DNA from: the human T2T-CHM13v2.0 reference genome, Homo sapiens | Length of the DNA: 64,000 nt | Strand: one strand, 5' to 3' | NCBI RefSeq assembly: GCF_009914755.1 | Contig: NC_060947.1 | In this document: piece after piece, positions 15,555-27,493 of the stretch | How positions within the stretch are numbered: position 1 is the first letter of the stretch | How the letters are laid out: every line of letters starts with the position of its first letter | The notes under the pieces: generated by a model | Told to the model about the DNA's origin: nothing | The model's input: the letters and a program-made list of their open reading frames with translations, nothing else | Databases searched by the model: none | Program-made: the position numbers and the translations under genes

Positions 15555-15894
15555 TGAATGGGTCCTTTTCAAACAAATTCACCAGAAGTTACCACATTCT
15601 CTGTATGTATGTCCTTTTTCGTTTGGCATTTAGCTGACACTGACTTTTGTTTGCTTTCATCTAGAGTGACCAACCATCCTCTTGTGCCCAGAACTACAGG
15701 ACTTTCCATTTTAAAACTAGGAGAGTCCCACACAAACCAGGACTGTTGGTCAGTCACCGTACCTTCTTGCTGCTAGATATGTAATTTTCTTTGGTTTTCA
15801 TCACCGGTTCCCATTTCTTTGAAAGTGTTTGTAGGTCACACACTGTGTAGTCCATGATGAAAAGAACAAAAGATGTATGAATTATGGTGTGTTG

Positions 15895-16550
15895 TGGTGG
15901 TTCCCAAAGTAGGGTCCCCAGACCACCAGCAGTGGCATCATTTGAGAACTCCTTAGAAATGCAAATTTTCAAGGCCCACCCCACGCCTACTAAGTAAGAA
16001 ACTCTAGGCATGGGTACCAGCAGTTTGTTTTAGCAAGTCCTCTGCAGGATTGTAACACATGACAAAGTTTGAGAACTACTGACAGGAAGAGTCCTGCTGC
16101 TGAGTTCTAGGCCCAGTTCTGTCACTGGCTCACTAAATGACTTCAGGCATGTCCCTCTCCTATTTTGAACTTCAGTTTTCTCTTCTGTGAAATGAAAGCC
16201 TTGGACTAGGCAGCGTCTAAAGGCTCTGTCACTCCGTAATTGTGTGACTTTGGTAACTTTGTTTGACTTCTCCTTGCTTAAGTTTTCTCATATGGGTATG
16301 GTAAGGAAAATACCTACCTCACAGGATTTTCTAACAATTTTGTGATTATTAAGTATGATGACTGATGACTAATATATGACAGCCAGCTCTTACACAGTGC
16401 TTTCTATATCCTGGACTGTTGTAAGTGCTTTTAATCCCCGCAACAATCCCATCTCCATTTTACAAATGAAAAATAGAGGTCACACGGCTAATACGTGTCA
16501 GAGTTTGGATTAAAACCCAGAAAAATCTGTCCCCAGAGACAATGATTTTA
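15895..16550. mobile_element. MER5A (~15895-16082) followed by MIR fragments
   Basis: 'gtggttcccaaagtagggtccccagaccaccagcag...tagaaatgcaaatt...aagtttgagaactactg'; MIR core 'cagttttctcttctgtgaaatg', 'ccattttacaaatgaaaaa'. Confidence 0.7.
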
Positions 16551-16744
16551 ACTAGCATGCCCTTTTGCTCAATAAATGTTAATTCCCTCACCCTTTCCAC
16601 ACACACACAGTCTAGCTGACCATTCATAGACAATAATCCCACTTTCACAGTCCATCCAACAAGATCTTAAAAGAACCATGAGAATCTCTAGGTTTCTTTT
16701 GCAAATAGTTTTCAAGCATTTAAAAAAAAAAGGTGGGGGGCGGG

Positions 16745-19700
16745 GAGGGAGTGGCCAAGATGGCTGACTAGAAGCAGCTAGGATGAGTGGTTCTCATGGA
16801 GGGGAAGGAAAGGGGCGAGTAAATACAGCGCCTTCAACTGAAACATCCAGGTACCCACATTGGGTCTAATCAAGGAAACAACTCGATCCACAGAGAATGA
16901 AGAAAAGCAAGGCAGGATGACAGCCCACCCAGGAGCAACATGGAGACAGAGGAACCTCCTCCACCCAGGGAAGTCGTAAGTGAATGTGCGATCCTGGGAA
17001 ACCACGCTCCTCCCATGGATCCTTGCAACCCTTGGGTCAGGAGATCCCCTGGTGAACCCACTCCACCAGGGCCTTCAGTCTGACACACAGAGATACATGG
17101 AGTCTCAGCAGAGTAGCCGCTTGAGCACGTGCAGAGACCCAGCAGCTTTACATACTCCGGCCCTGGGTTTCCCAGCAAAAGTAACTGCAACTCCTGCAAA
17201 GCGGGAGATTAGACCCCTGTACATACCCCTAGGAAAGAGGCTGAATCCAGGGGGCCAAGCGGCACGATCTGCGGGCCCCACTTCCACTGCACCTCACAGG
17301 ATAAGACCCACTGGTTTGGAATTCCAGCCAGCCACCAGCAGCAGTGTTGCACCTACCTGGGACGGAGGTCCCAGGGGGAAGGGCAGGCTGCTCTCTGGGA
17401 CAGAGCTCCCAGAAGTGGTACCCCAGAACAGCACAGCACAGCTGCTCTTCAGAAGCATGGCCAGACTGCTTCTTTAAGCAGGTGCCCAATCTGTTCCTCC
17501 TCACTGGGTGGGACTTTTCAACCAAGGCCTCCAGCAACCCCTACTGGTGTTCTCTGGCTGACAGAGATTTGAATTCTCCCTGGGACAGAGTTCCCGGAGG
17601 GAGGGAGGGGCCACCATCTTTGCTGTTTGGGCGACTTAGCTGTTCCGGCCTCCAGGCTTTGGAGAGCCCACACCAACCAGGGGTGGAAGCAGTGCCCCAG
17701 CACAGCACAGCTGATCTGTGAAAGCATGGACAGACTGCTTCTTTAAGCAGTTCCCTGATCCCGTTCCTCCTGACTGGGTGAGACCTCCCAACCAGGGTCT
17801 CCAGCCTTGTCCTGCAGGCGCATTTGGGCTGGCAACAGGTCTGTACCTCGCTGGGCCAGAGCTCCCAGAGGAAGAGGCAGGATGACATCTTTGCTGTTTC
17901 ACAGCCTTCACTGGTGATAGCTCCAGGTACTGGAAAATCCAAGGAGACTAGGAACTGGAGAAGAAGCCCAGCAAAGTACAGCAGCCCTACAGAAACATGG
18001 CCAGACTGTTAAAAGAAAAAAAAAATCCAAAGGTCAGCAACCTCAAAGACTGAAGGTAGATAAGCCCACAAAGATGAGAAAGAATCAGTGCAAGAATGCT
18101 GAAAACTCAAGAAGCCAGAGTGCCCTCTTTCCTCCAAATGACTGCATCACCTCTCTAGCAAGGGTTCGGAATTGGGCTGAGGCTGAGATGGCTGAAATGA
18201 CATAAGTAGAATTCAGAATATGGATAGGAATGAACTTCACTGAGTTAAAAGAGTACATTGTAACCCAATGCAAGCAAGCTAAAAATCATGATAAAACATT
18301 GCAGGAGCTGACAGACAAAATAGCCCATATAGAGAAGAATGTAACCAACCTGACGGAACTGAAAAAACACACTACAAGAATTTCATAATGCAATCACAAG
18401 TACTAATAGCAGAATAGACAAAGCGGAGGAAAGAATTTCAGAGCTTGAAGACTGGCTTTCTGAAATAAGACTGGCAGACAAGAATAGAGAAAAAAGAATG
18501 AAAAGCAATGAACAAAACCTCCGAGAAATATGGGATCATGTAAAGAGAGCGAATCTAAGACTGATTGGTGTCCCTGAAAGAGATGGGGAAAACGGAACCA
18601 ATTTGGAAAACGCATTTCAGGATATCATCTATGAGAAATTCCCTAACCTAGCTAGAGAGGCCAACATTCAAATTCAGGAAATCCAGAGAACTCCAGGAAG
18701 ATACTCCACGAAAGGAACATCCCCAACACACATAATCATCAGATTCTCCAAGGTTGAAACGAAAGAAAAAATGTTAAAGGCAGCTAGAGAGAAAGGCCAG
18801 GTCACCTACAAAGGGAAGCCCTTCAGACTAACAGTGGATGTCTCAGTGGAAAACCTACAAGCCAGAAGAGATTGGGGGTCAATACTCAACATTCTTAAAG
18901 AAACTCCAACCCAGAATTTCATATCTGGCCAAAGTAAGCTTCACAAGCGAAGAAGAAATAAGATTATTTTCAGACAAGCAAATGTTAAGGGAATTTGTTA
19001 CCACCAGACCTGCCCTACAAGAGCTCCTGAAGGAAGCACTAAATGTAGAAAGGAAAGATGGTTACCAGCCACTCCAAAAACACACTGAAGTACTCAGACC
19101 AGTGACACTACAGAGCAAACATGTAAGCAAGTCTGCAAAATAACCAGCTAGCATCATGATGAAAGGATCAAATCCAAACATACCAATACTAACCTTAAAT
19201 TGTAAATGGGCTAAATGCCCCAATTAAAAGACACAGAGTAGCAAGCTGGATAAGGAACTAAGATCCAATGGTATGCTGTCTTCAAGAGAACCATCTCACA
19301 TGCAATGACACACATAGGCTCAAAATAAAAAGATGGATGAAAATCTACCAAGCAAACGGAAAACATAAAAAAGCAGCAGTTGCAATCCTAGTTTCTGACA
19401 AAACAGACTTTAAATCAACAAAGATCAAAAAACACAAAGAAGGGCATTACATAATGGTAAATGGTTCAATTCAACAAGAAAATCTAACTATCCTAAATAC
19501 ATATGGACCCAACACAGGAGCACCCAGATTTATAAAGCAAGTTCTTAGAGGCCTTCACAGAGACTTAGACTGCCAGGCAATGATAGTGGGAGACTTTTTA
19601 ACACCCCACTGACAATATTAGACAGATCATTGAGACAGACAGTTAACAAAGATATTCAGGACCTGAACTCAGCACTGGATCAAATGGACCTGGTGGATAT

Positions 19701-22700
19701 CTACAGAACTCTCCACCCCAAAACAACAGAATATACATTCTTCTGATCACCGCAAGGCACTTACTCTAAAATCGACCACATAATCAGAAGTAAAACACTC
19801 CTCGACAAATGCAAAAGAACTGAAATCATGACAAACAGTCTCTTGGGCCACAGAAGAATCAAATTTGAAATCAAGATTAAGAAATTCACTCAAAACCATG
19901 CAATTACATGGAAATTGAATAACCTGCTCCTGAATGACTTTTGGGTAAACAATGAAATTTAGGCAGAAATCAAGAAGTTCTATGAAACTAATGAGAACAA
20001 AGATACAAAGTACCAGAATCTCTGGGATACAGCAAAGGCAGTGTTAAGAAGGAAATTTATAGCACTAAATGCCCACATCAAAAAGTTAGAAAGATCTCAA
20101 GTTAATAACCTAACATCACTACTAAAAGAACTAGAGAAGCGAGAGCAAACAAATCCCAAAACTAGCAGAAGACAAGAAATAACAAAAATCAGAGCTGAAC
20201 TGAAGGAGACAGAGACATGAAAAACCCTTCAAAAAATGAAAGAATCCAGAAGCTGTTTTTTTTTTCTTTGAAAAAAAGTAATAAAATAGACCGCTAGCTA
20301 GACGAATAAAGAAGGAAAGAGAGAAGATTTGAATAAACACAATCAGAAATGATAAGGGGAATATTTATCACTGACCCCACAGAAATACAAACAACCACCA
20401 GAGAATATTGTGAACACCTCTGGGCACATAAACTAGGAAGTCTAGAAGAAATGGACAAATTCCTGGACACACACACCTCCCCAAGGCTGAACCAGGAAGA
20501 AACTGAATCCCTGAACAGACCAGTAATGAGTTTGGAAATTGAGGCAGTAATAAATAGCCTACCAACCAAAAAAATCCCAGGACCAGATGGATTCACAGCT
20601 GAATTCTACCAGATGTACAAAGAGGAACTGGTAGCATTCCTACTGAAACTATTTCAAAAAATTGAGAAGGAGGGACTCCTCCCTAACTCATTCTATGAGG
20701 CCAGCATCATCCTGAAACCAAAACCTGGCAGAGATACAACAACAAAAGAAAACTTCAGGCCAGTATCCTTCATGAACATCAATGCAAAAATCCTCAACAA
20801 AATGCTGGCAAACTGAATCCAGCAGCACATCAAAAAGCTTATCCACCACGATCAAGTTGGCTTCCTCCCTGGGATGCAAGGTTGGTTCAACATATGCAGA
20901 TCAATAAATGTGACTCATCACATAAACAGAACTAAAGACAAAAACCACATGATTATCTCAATAGATGCAGAAAAGGCTTTTGATAAAATTCAACATCGCT
21001 TCATGTTAAAAACTCTCAATAAACTAGGTATTGAAGGACCATGCCTCAAAATAATAAGAGCCATCTGTGACAAACGCACAGCCAACATCATACTGAATGG
21101 ACAACAGCTGGAAGCATTCCCCTTGAAAACCGGCACAAGACAAGGATGCCCTCTCTCACCACTCCTATTCAACATAGTATTGGAAGTTCTGGCCAGGGCA
21201 ATCAGGCAAGTGAAAGAAATAAAGGGCATCCAAATTGGAAGGGAGGAAGTCAACCTATCCCTGCTTGCAGATGACATGATCCTATATCTAGAAAACCCCG
21301 TTGTCTCAGCCCAAAGGCCTCTTAAGCTGATAAACAACTTCAGCAAAGTCTCAGGGTACAGAATCAATGTGCAAAAATCACTAGCATTCCTATACACCAG
21401 CAACAGTAAAGCCGACAGCCAAATCAGCAATGAACTCCCATTCACAATTGCTACAAAAAGAATAAAATACCTAGGAATACAGCTAACTAGGGAGGTGAAA
21501 GATCTCTACAAGGAGAACTACAAACCACCGCTCAAAGAAATCGGAGATGACACACAAAAAAATGGAAAAACATTCCAAGCTCATGGATAGGAAGAATCAG
21601 TATTAAAATGGGCATACTGCCCAAAGCAATTTATAGATTCAATGCTATTCCCATTAAACTACCATTGACAGTCTTCACAGAACGAGAAAAAAAAAACTAT
21701 TTTAAAATTCATATGGAACCAAAAAACAAAAAAAGCCCGAATACCGAAGGCAATCCTAAGCAAAAAGGACAAAGCTGGAGGCATCATGCTACCTGACTTC
21801 AAACTATGCTACAAGGCTACAGTAACCCAAACAGCATGGTGCTGGTACAAGAACAGACACATAGACAAATGGAACAGAACAGAGAACCGAGAAATGAGAC
21901 CACACACCTACAACTAACTGATCTTCGACAAACCTGACAAAAACAAGCAATGGGGAAAGGATTCCCGGTTCAATAAATGGTGCTGGGATAACTGGCTAGC
22001 CATGTGCAGAAGATGAAAACCGGCTCCCTTGCTTACACTATATACAAAGATTAACTCAAGATGGATTAAAGACTGACATGTAAAACCCCCAACTATGAAA
22101 ACTCTGAAAGACAACTTAGGCAATGCCATTCAGGGCATAGGCATGGGCAAAGATTTCATGATGAAGACGCCAAAAGCAATTGCAACAAAAGCAAAAAATT
22201 GACAAATGGGGTCTAATAAAATTAAAGAGCTGTGCACAGTGAAAGAAACTATCAACAGAGTAAACAGACAACCTACAGAATGGGAGAAAATATTTGCAAA
22301 CTATGCATCTGACAAAGGTCTAATATCCAGCATCTATAAAGAACTTAAACAAATTTACAGGAAAACAAACAATCCCATAAAAAAGTGGGAAAAGGACATG
22401 AACAGACACTTTTCAAGAGGAGACATACATGCAGCCAACAATCATATGAAAAAAAAAGGTCAACATCACTGATCATTAGAGAAATGCAAATCAAAACCAC
22501 AATGAGATCCCAACTAATATTAGCCAAAATGGCCATTATTAAAAAGTCAAAAAATAACAGATGCTGGCGAGGCTGTGGAGAAAAAGGAATGCTTATACAC
22601 TGTCTGTGGGATTGTAAACAAGTTCAGCCACTGTGGAAGACAGTGTGGTGATTCCTCAAAGACATAAAGACAGAAATACCATTCAACCCAGCAATCCCAT

Positions 22701-23230
22701 TACTGGGTCTACACCCAAAGGACTAAAAATCATTCTGTTACAAAGACACATGCATGTGTATGCTCATTGCAGCACTACTCACAATAGCAAAGACATGGAA
22801 TCAGCCTAAATCCCCAACAGTGACAGACTGGAGAAAGATAATGTGGTACATATACACCATGGAATACTATGCAGCCGTGAAAAAGAATGAGATAATGTCC
22901 TTCGCAGGGACATGGATGGAGCTGGAGGCCCTTATCCTTAGCAGACCAACACAGAAAGAGAAAACCAAATACTGCATGTTCTCACTTATAAGTGAGAGTT
23001 AAATGATGAGAACATATGGACACATAGAGGGGAACAACACACACTGGGGCCTTTTGGAGGATAGAGGGTGTGAGGAGGGAGAGGATCAAGAAAAACAACT
23101 AATGGGTACTAAGCTTAACACCTGGGTGATGAAATAATCTATGCAACAAATCCCCTATGACACAAGTTTACCTATGTAACAAACCTGCACTTGTACCCCT
23201 GAACTTAAAAGTTTAAAAAAAAAAAAAAAA
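16745..23230 (+). mobile_element. Near full-length (~6.5 kb) inactive L1PA (about L1PA10-13 type): 5'UTR, ORF1 from ~18073, ORF2 ~19156-23002, 3'UTR, polyA
   Basis: 5' 'ggccaagatggctgactagaagcagct'; fragmented ORF1 (18498..19088, 18838..19143), EN (19268..19612), RT (20874..21590 with [10 protein letters not shown] and LLADDMILY) and C-terminal pieces; many frameshifts and stops; flanked by A-run+GG repeats. Confidence 0.93.
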
Positions 23231-23287
23231 AGGAGTTAGTGGCTAATAAACTCTAAATAAAGCATTTCAAACTTAAAAGCAAAATCT

Positions 23288-23600
23288 AGCCAGGTGCCGT
23301 GGCTCACGCCTGTAATCCCAGCACTTTTGGAGGCCAAGGCAGGAGGATCGCTTGAGGTCAGGAGTTTGAAACCAGCCTGAGCAGCAAAGCAAGACCCCGT
23401 TTCTACAAAAAAATAGAATTAAAAGAAAAGTTAGTTGGGTGGAGTCATGAGTGCCTGCAGTCCCAGCTACTCGGGAAGCTGAGGTGGGAGGATCTCTTGA
23501 GCCCAGCAGTTCAAGGCTACTGTGAGCTATGATCACGCCACTGCACTCCAGCCTGGGTAACAGAGCAAGACCATGTCTCAAAAAAAAAAAAAAAAAAAAT
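23288..23600 (+). mobile_element. AluJ
   Basis: Dimeric Alu with J-type 'gaggatcgcttgag', 'gtgagctatgatc' and polyA tail. Confidence 0.9.
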
Positions 23601-26600
23601 TCATCATTTCTAATTTTGCCTCTTCCAAGAATGGAAGGAAATTAACCTATTCAGTACTGTTTTTTCTCTTGAAAAATACCAGTCAGTTGTTAGGCTCAAA
23701 ACCCTTTGATAGAACATATCCATATCACTGGCCCCAGGGTGCTCTTGGGCATATTGGAAATCCACTCACTTAGCTCAGCTGTGGATTAGCTCAACTCTTA
23801 GTTACGAGGCCAGAACATGTCTGCATCCTCACCTCCTTAAGCCTGCAGCTCATCAGAACCAAAGACCCTGGCAGAGTTTGGTGGTAGTTCTTTTTTGTCA
23901 GACTTACAGTCAGGGGTTGGTGGGTTTGTGGGTAGCTCCATTCTAGTCCTGGGCTTTAATCTGTGAGTATGGCTTTTGTCTTCCATCTTGCTCAGGGTAC
24001 TTTGGAACCGCTATACATTGCAGGAGCTTAGCTTCTGGTTACCATGGTTTGCTTCCAGAGCAACAAGCCTAGTACTTCAACATGGAGACAATTATCTTTT
24101 GTTTTTGTTTTGTTTTGTTTGTTTTGTCTTGGCCATGCCTTTTTGAGTTTACCTTTTTATATTTTGTCCATCATTGCCATGTGTTTGGAGCAGTGGGCGT
24201 TCCATAACATGAACTCACTGTACCATCACGAATGGGAAGTAAGGGGAAACCTTATCCATGTGGATTTTACTCTTCCCTGATTCCCTAAATTGGGTTTGCA
24301 AAATACTACTGTGCACTTTCTTGATGATTCGGGCTTATCTTTATGACTGTCTGTTTTTGTGTCAGACTGTAAAGAAGTATAAAAGTCTTTAGCTTGATTA
24401 ATGCAATCCACGCTTCCTTTCTGGAAAAAAAAGGGGGGGGGCGCATTTTTTTACAGTTGCAATAAATCGTCTTAAGCCATGTTGGTGTATATCATATAGA
24501 TTAGTAGTGGTGTTCTAGCTTACTTTCTGTGTGGGCAGGCAGGCACGGTAATTTATCCCCTGCACGACTAAAGATCACAAGGGCTAATGCTGTGTAAAAC
24601 TGTGAACTCAGTGAAGGTTTTTCTCTGTTAGCCCCATCTTTCTCCATGGTCTACCCACTGATGGTGGCCACTCCCTCCAATTCAGGTACTCCCTCCAATT
24701 CAGGTACTCCCTCTCACCATCTGCTTTCTAACTTCCTCTCTGATGCCTTGACTGAGGCAGTGTCGTGTCACAGGAAGAGCACAAACTTGGAATGATCTGG
24801 GCTTGAATTCCATCTCTGACTTTTACTAGCCTGGGAAATTGTGGGAAGTTGCTTTCTTTCCTTGAGCCTGTGTTCCTACATATGCAAAGTGGGGCTAATA
24901 AATGCCAGCTAGCTGAAAAATCTATGATGAAGAATGAATCTATACATGTGTATAAAGTGTGAGCAGCACATAAAAAAACACTCAGTACATAGTAGTTGTT
25001 TATCATTGTTGACAATATCACTGCTTGAGAGAAGAGGAGGAATCAGGGCTAGGCTGTGTGTTTGACAGGAATCAACATTCTACTTAGGGGGAAGCAGCAA
25101 ATTTATGACAGGCAGAATTGGAAAAGTATGTGAAAATGTTAGGGGTCAGAGAGAGTAGGCAAGTTGTGAAGCACAGATATATTGGCAAGACATCTGAACT
25201 TCTAGGCCGGAGGGTTCCTGGATAGGAAGTTGGCTTGGGGTTTTGGCAGTCCGAAGGCTGAGAGCTGAAAGAACAGAATGGTCAGGGAACAGGTCAGAGA
25301 GCCAGATGAGAAAAGCTGAGTCTGGAGAGTTTTAGGGAGAGTGGTGTGGTAATGAAGGTGTGTAGAATCAATGAGACAGGCAGGCAGACACCCATGCTCG
25401 TGATGATGCATAGTTAAGGTGGAGCACATACTTCCACATCTAACTTCACCATCTCCCAAAACCCCACTGGAACTGCTACAAATGTGATTTTTGAAAGGAT
25501 TAGAAGGATAGGAGTGAAGATGAAATAAAAAGGGTTGAAGAACAGGAAAGGAGGCAACAACTAAATTTTGGATGCTGAAGAACAGATGGATGAGTGGCAA
25601 CTGACTTAGCAGATCCAAGAAGGCCACAAACTAGGAATTCTGAGACCTTAGTGGGAAAAGCAAAAAGCTAACTTGATTTACTCCTCACCCCCAGGAATCT
25701 TCAAAGGCTGGACCAAGGTAACTCTGGAAGTGGAGTTACCTCTGGAAGTGAAGGGGGGTGGGTATCAAAATAATGAAGGCTGTTTGAAAACTCTTTTAAG
25801 AAGTAGATTCATTGCCAAATCCCCTCCTGCTGTCAATGCCAGTGAGGGGCTGGCCCTTCCCTGCTCTGACAGAAGCCTGGAGTGTTATTCCCTGGAGAGG
25901 GTAAAGCAGAGGGTCTCTGGATGGGGAGTTCGCAGACTTAGTTGAGGGCTGGGGTCCTGTACTGAAAACAGGGGTGTTGAGTGGAAGCATGTGTCCTGAA
26001 AGCTGTGAACTCCCAGTCTTCTTCCCTGCCCCTGCCCCTAAACTTCTGGCAGCTGGAAGAGTCTTCTGTGAGCCATCTGACCAACCTAAGAGAAAAAGAT
26101 CTAAGGAGACTCACACTGAAGGCTCCCCAGTAAAGGGCTCACTCAGCTGGGTTACTCCCCGATGAGGTACATATCTTGATACTGTGAGGAAGAAGACACC
26201 CATTCAATTGAGGGTACTTATTTTTGGAATAGGAGGAGAGACCTGAGCATTTTAGTTACTGCAAGGAAAGGAGCCAGGCAGAGAAGACGGAGAGATTAGA
26301 CATTCTTGAGAGAAGAGGTAATTGATGGAGTGAGGCACCTGGGGAGGCAGGATGGGATCGAACCCAGAGCAGGAGTGGAAGTGACAGCCTGAGTCAGAAG
26401 AAAGCACCTTCATCTTTCACTGAGATAGGATGAAAAGAAATGAGATCTGGTTATAGACTCAATTTGATCCATTATTATTTTGCAGCCACTATATCCAAGG
26501 CGTTGTGTGGGGTAGTGTTCATTCATCCATCCACTCATTCATCCAACATTTTTTGGAGCAACTACTGTGTTCCGGCACTGTGCTGCGTGCTGGAGATACC

Positions 26601-27461
26601 GAGATAAGTCAGACAAGGTTCCAGTCCTCAAGGAGCTCACAGTCACAGGACGAAAGCAGGCTCACAACATAGGGCAATATGTGCTGTGAAAACTGAGCAC
26701 AGGGGGCTGTGAGAACACGGAGCAAGGGACACTGTAGAGAAGGGAATGAAGCAGGTATGGAAATGGATATAGAACAAGACATGGACTGCTCTGTGCATTC
26801 AAGGGCAGAGAGATCTCATCCAGCAGGGCCCATCTGCAGAGGTTTCATGAAGTTAGGTGGTCTTTGAGTTGAAACCGAGAGGATGCCTAGGGTTTCTTTC
26901 AACCTGCAGTGACGTGGGGGTGGGGAAGGGGTGCCCACCAAGAGGTGAAAACAGATGCAAAGATCCAGAGGCAGGAAATTGCAAGAGGACATGTTCAGGG
27001 TAGAGGGAGAGGCCCTGGTTGAGCACCTGAGAAGCCCCGGTTGAGAGTATGCTGAGGCAAGTGGTAGGAGGTGCAGTTGTGAAGCAGGAATAGGATGAGA
27101 TGCAAAAAATATCACTGAAGCAACATCACAAATTGCAGCCGGGTTGAACAAATGGATTGTGTAAAAAACACCAGACTGTGAAATGAGAAACCCGATTCTG
27201 TTTGAGGCCCAGCTCTGAAACAAACTTGCTCTTGATGTGGTGTGTAGTGACTCAGTTAACGTCTCTGAACATTGGTTTCTTCATCCATCAAGTGGTAGCA
27301 GGAACACCTTTCCTGCCTGTCTCATGGGGTTCTCGTGAGGAGCATATAAGTCAGTGTACGAGAAAACACCTTTAAAACAACAACAACAACAACTCTTTAA
27401 AGTGCCGGTGCACACACGTGAAGGCTTATTATTGAGGAGACGCTTGTGCTGGGAACACAAA

Positions 27462-27493
27462 CCTAACCCTAACCCTAACCCCTAACCCTAACC
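27462..27493 (-). repeat. Short interstitial telomeric repeat, about (TTAGGG)5
   Basis: cctaac cctaac cctaac ccctaac cctaac c on the + strand. Confidence 0.85.

Noticed and set aside
16745-23230. Potentially active full-length L1
   Set aside because: ORF1 and ORF2 are broken by many frameshifts and stops; old subfamily
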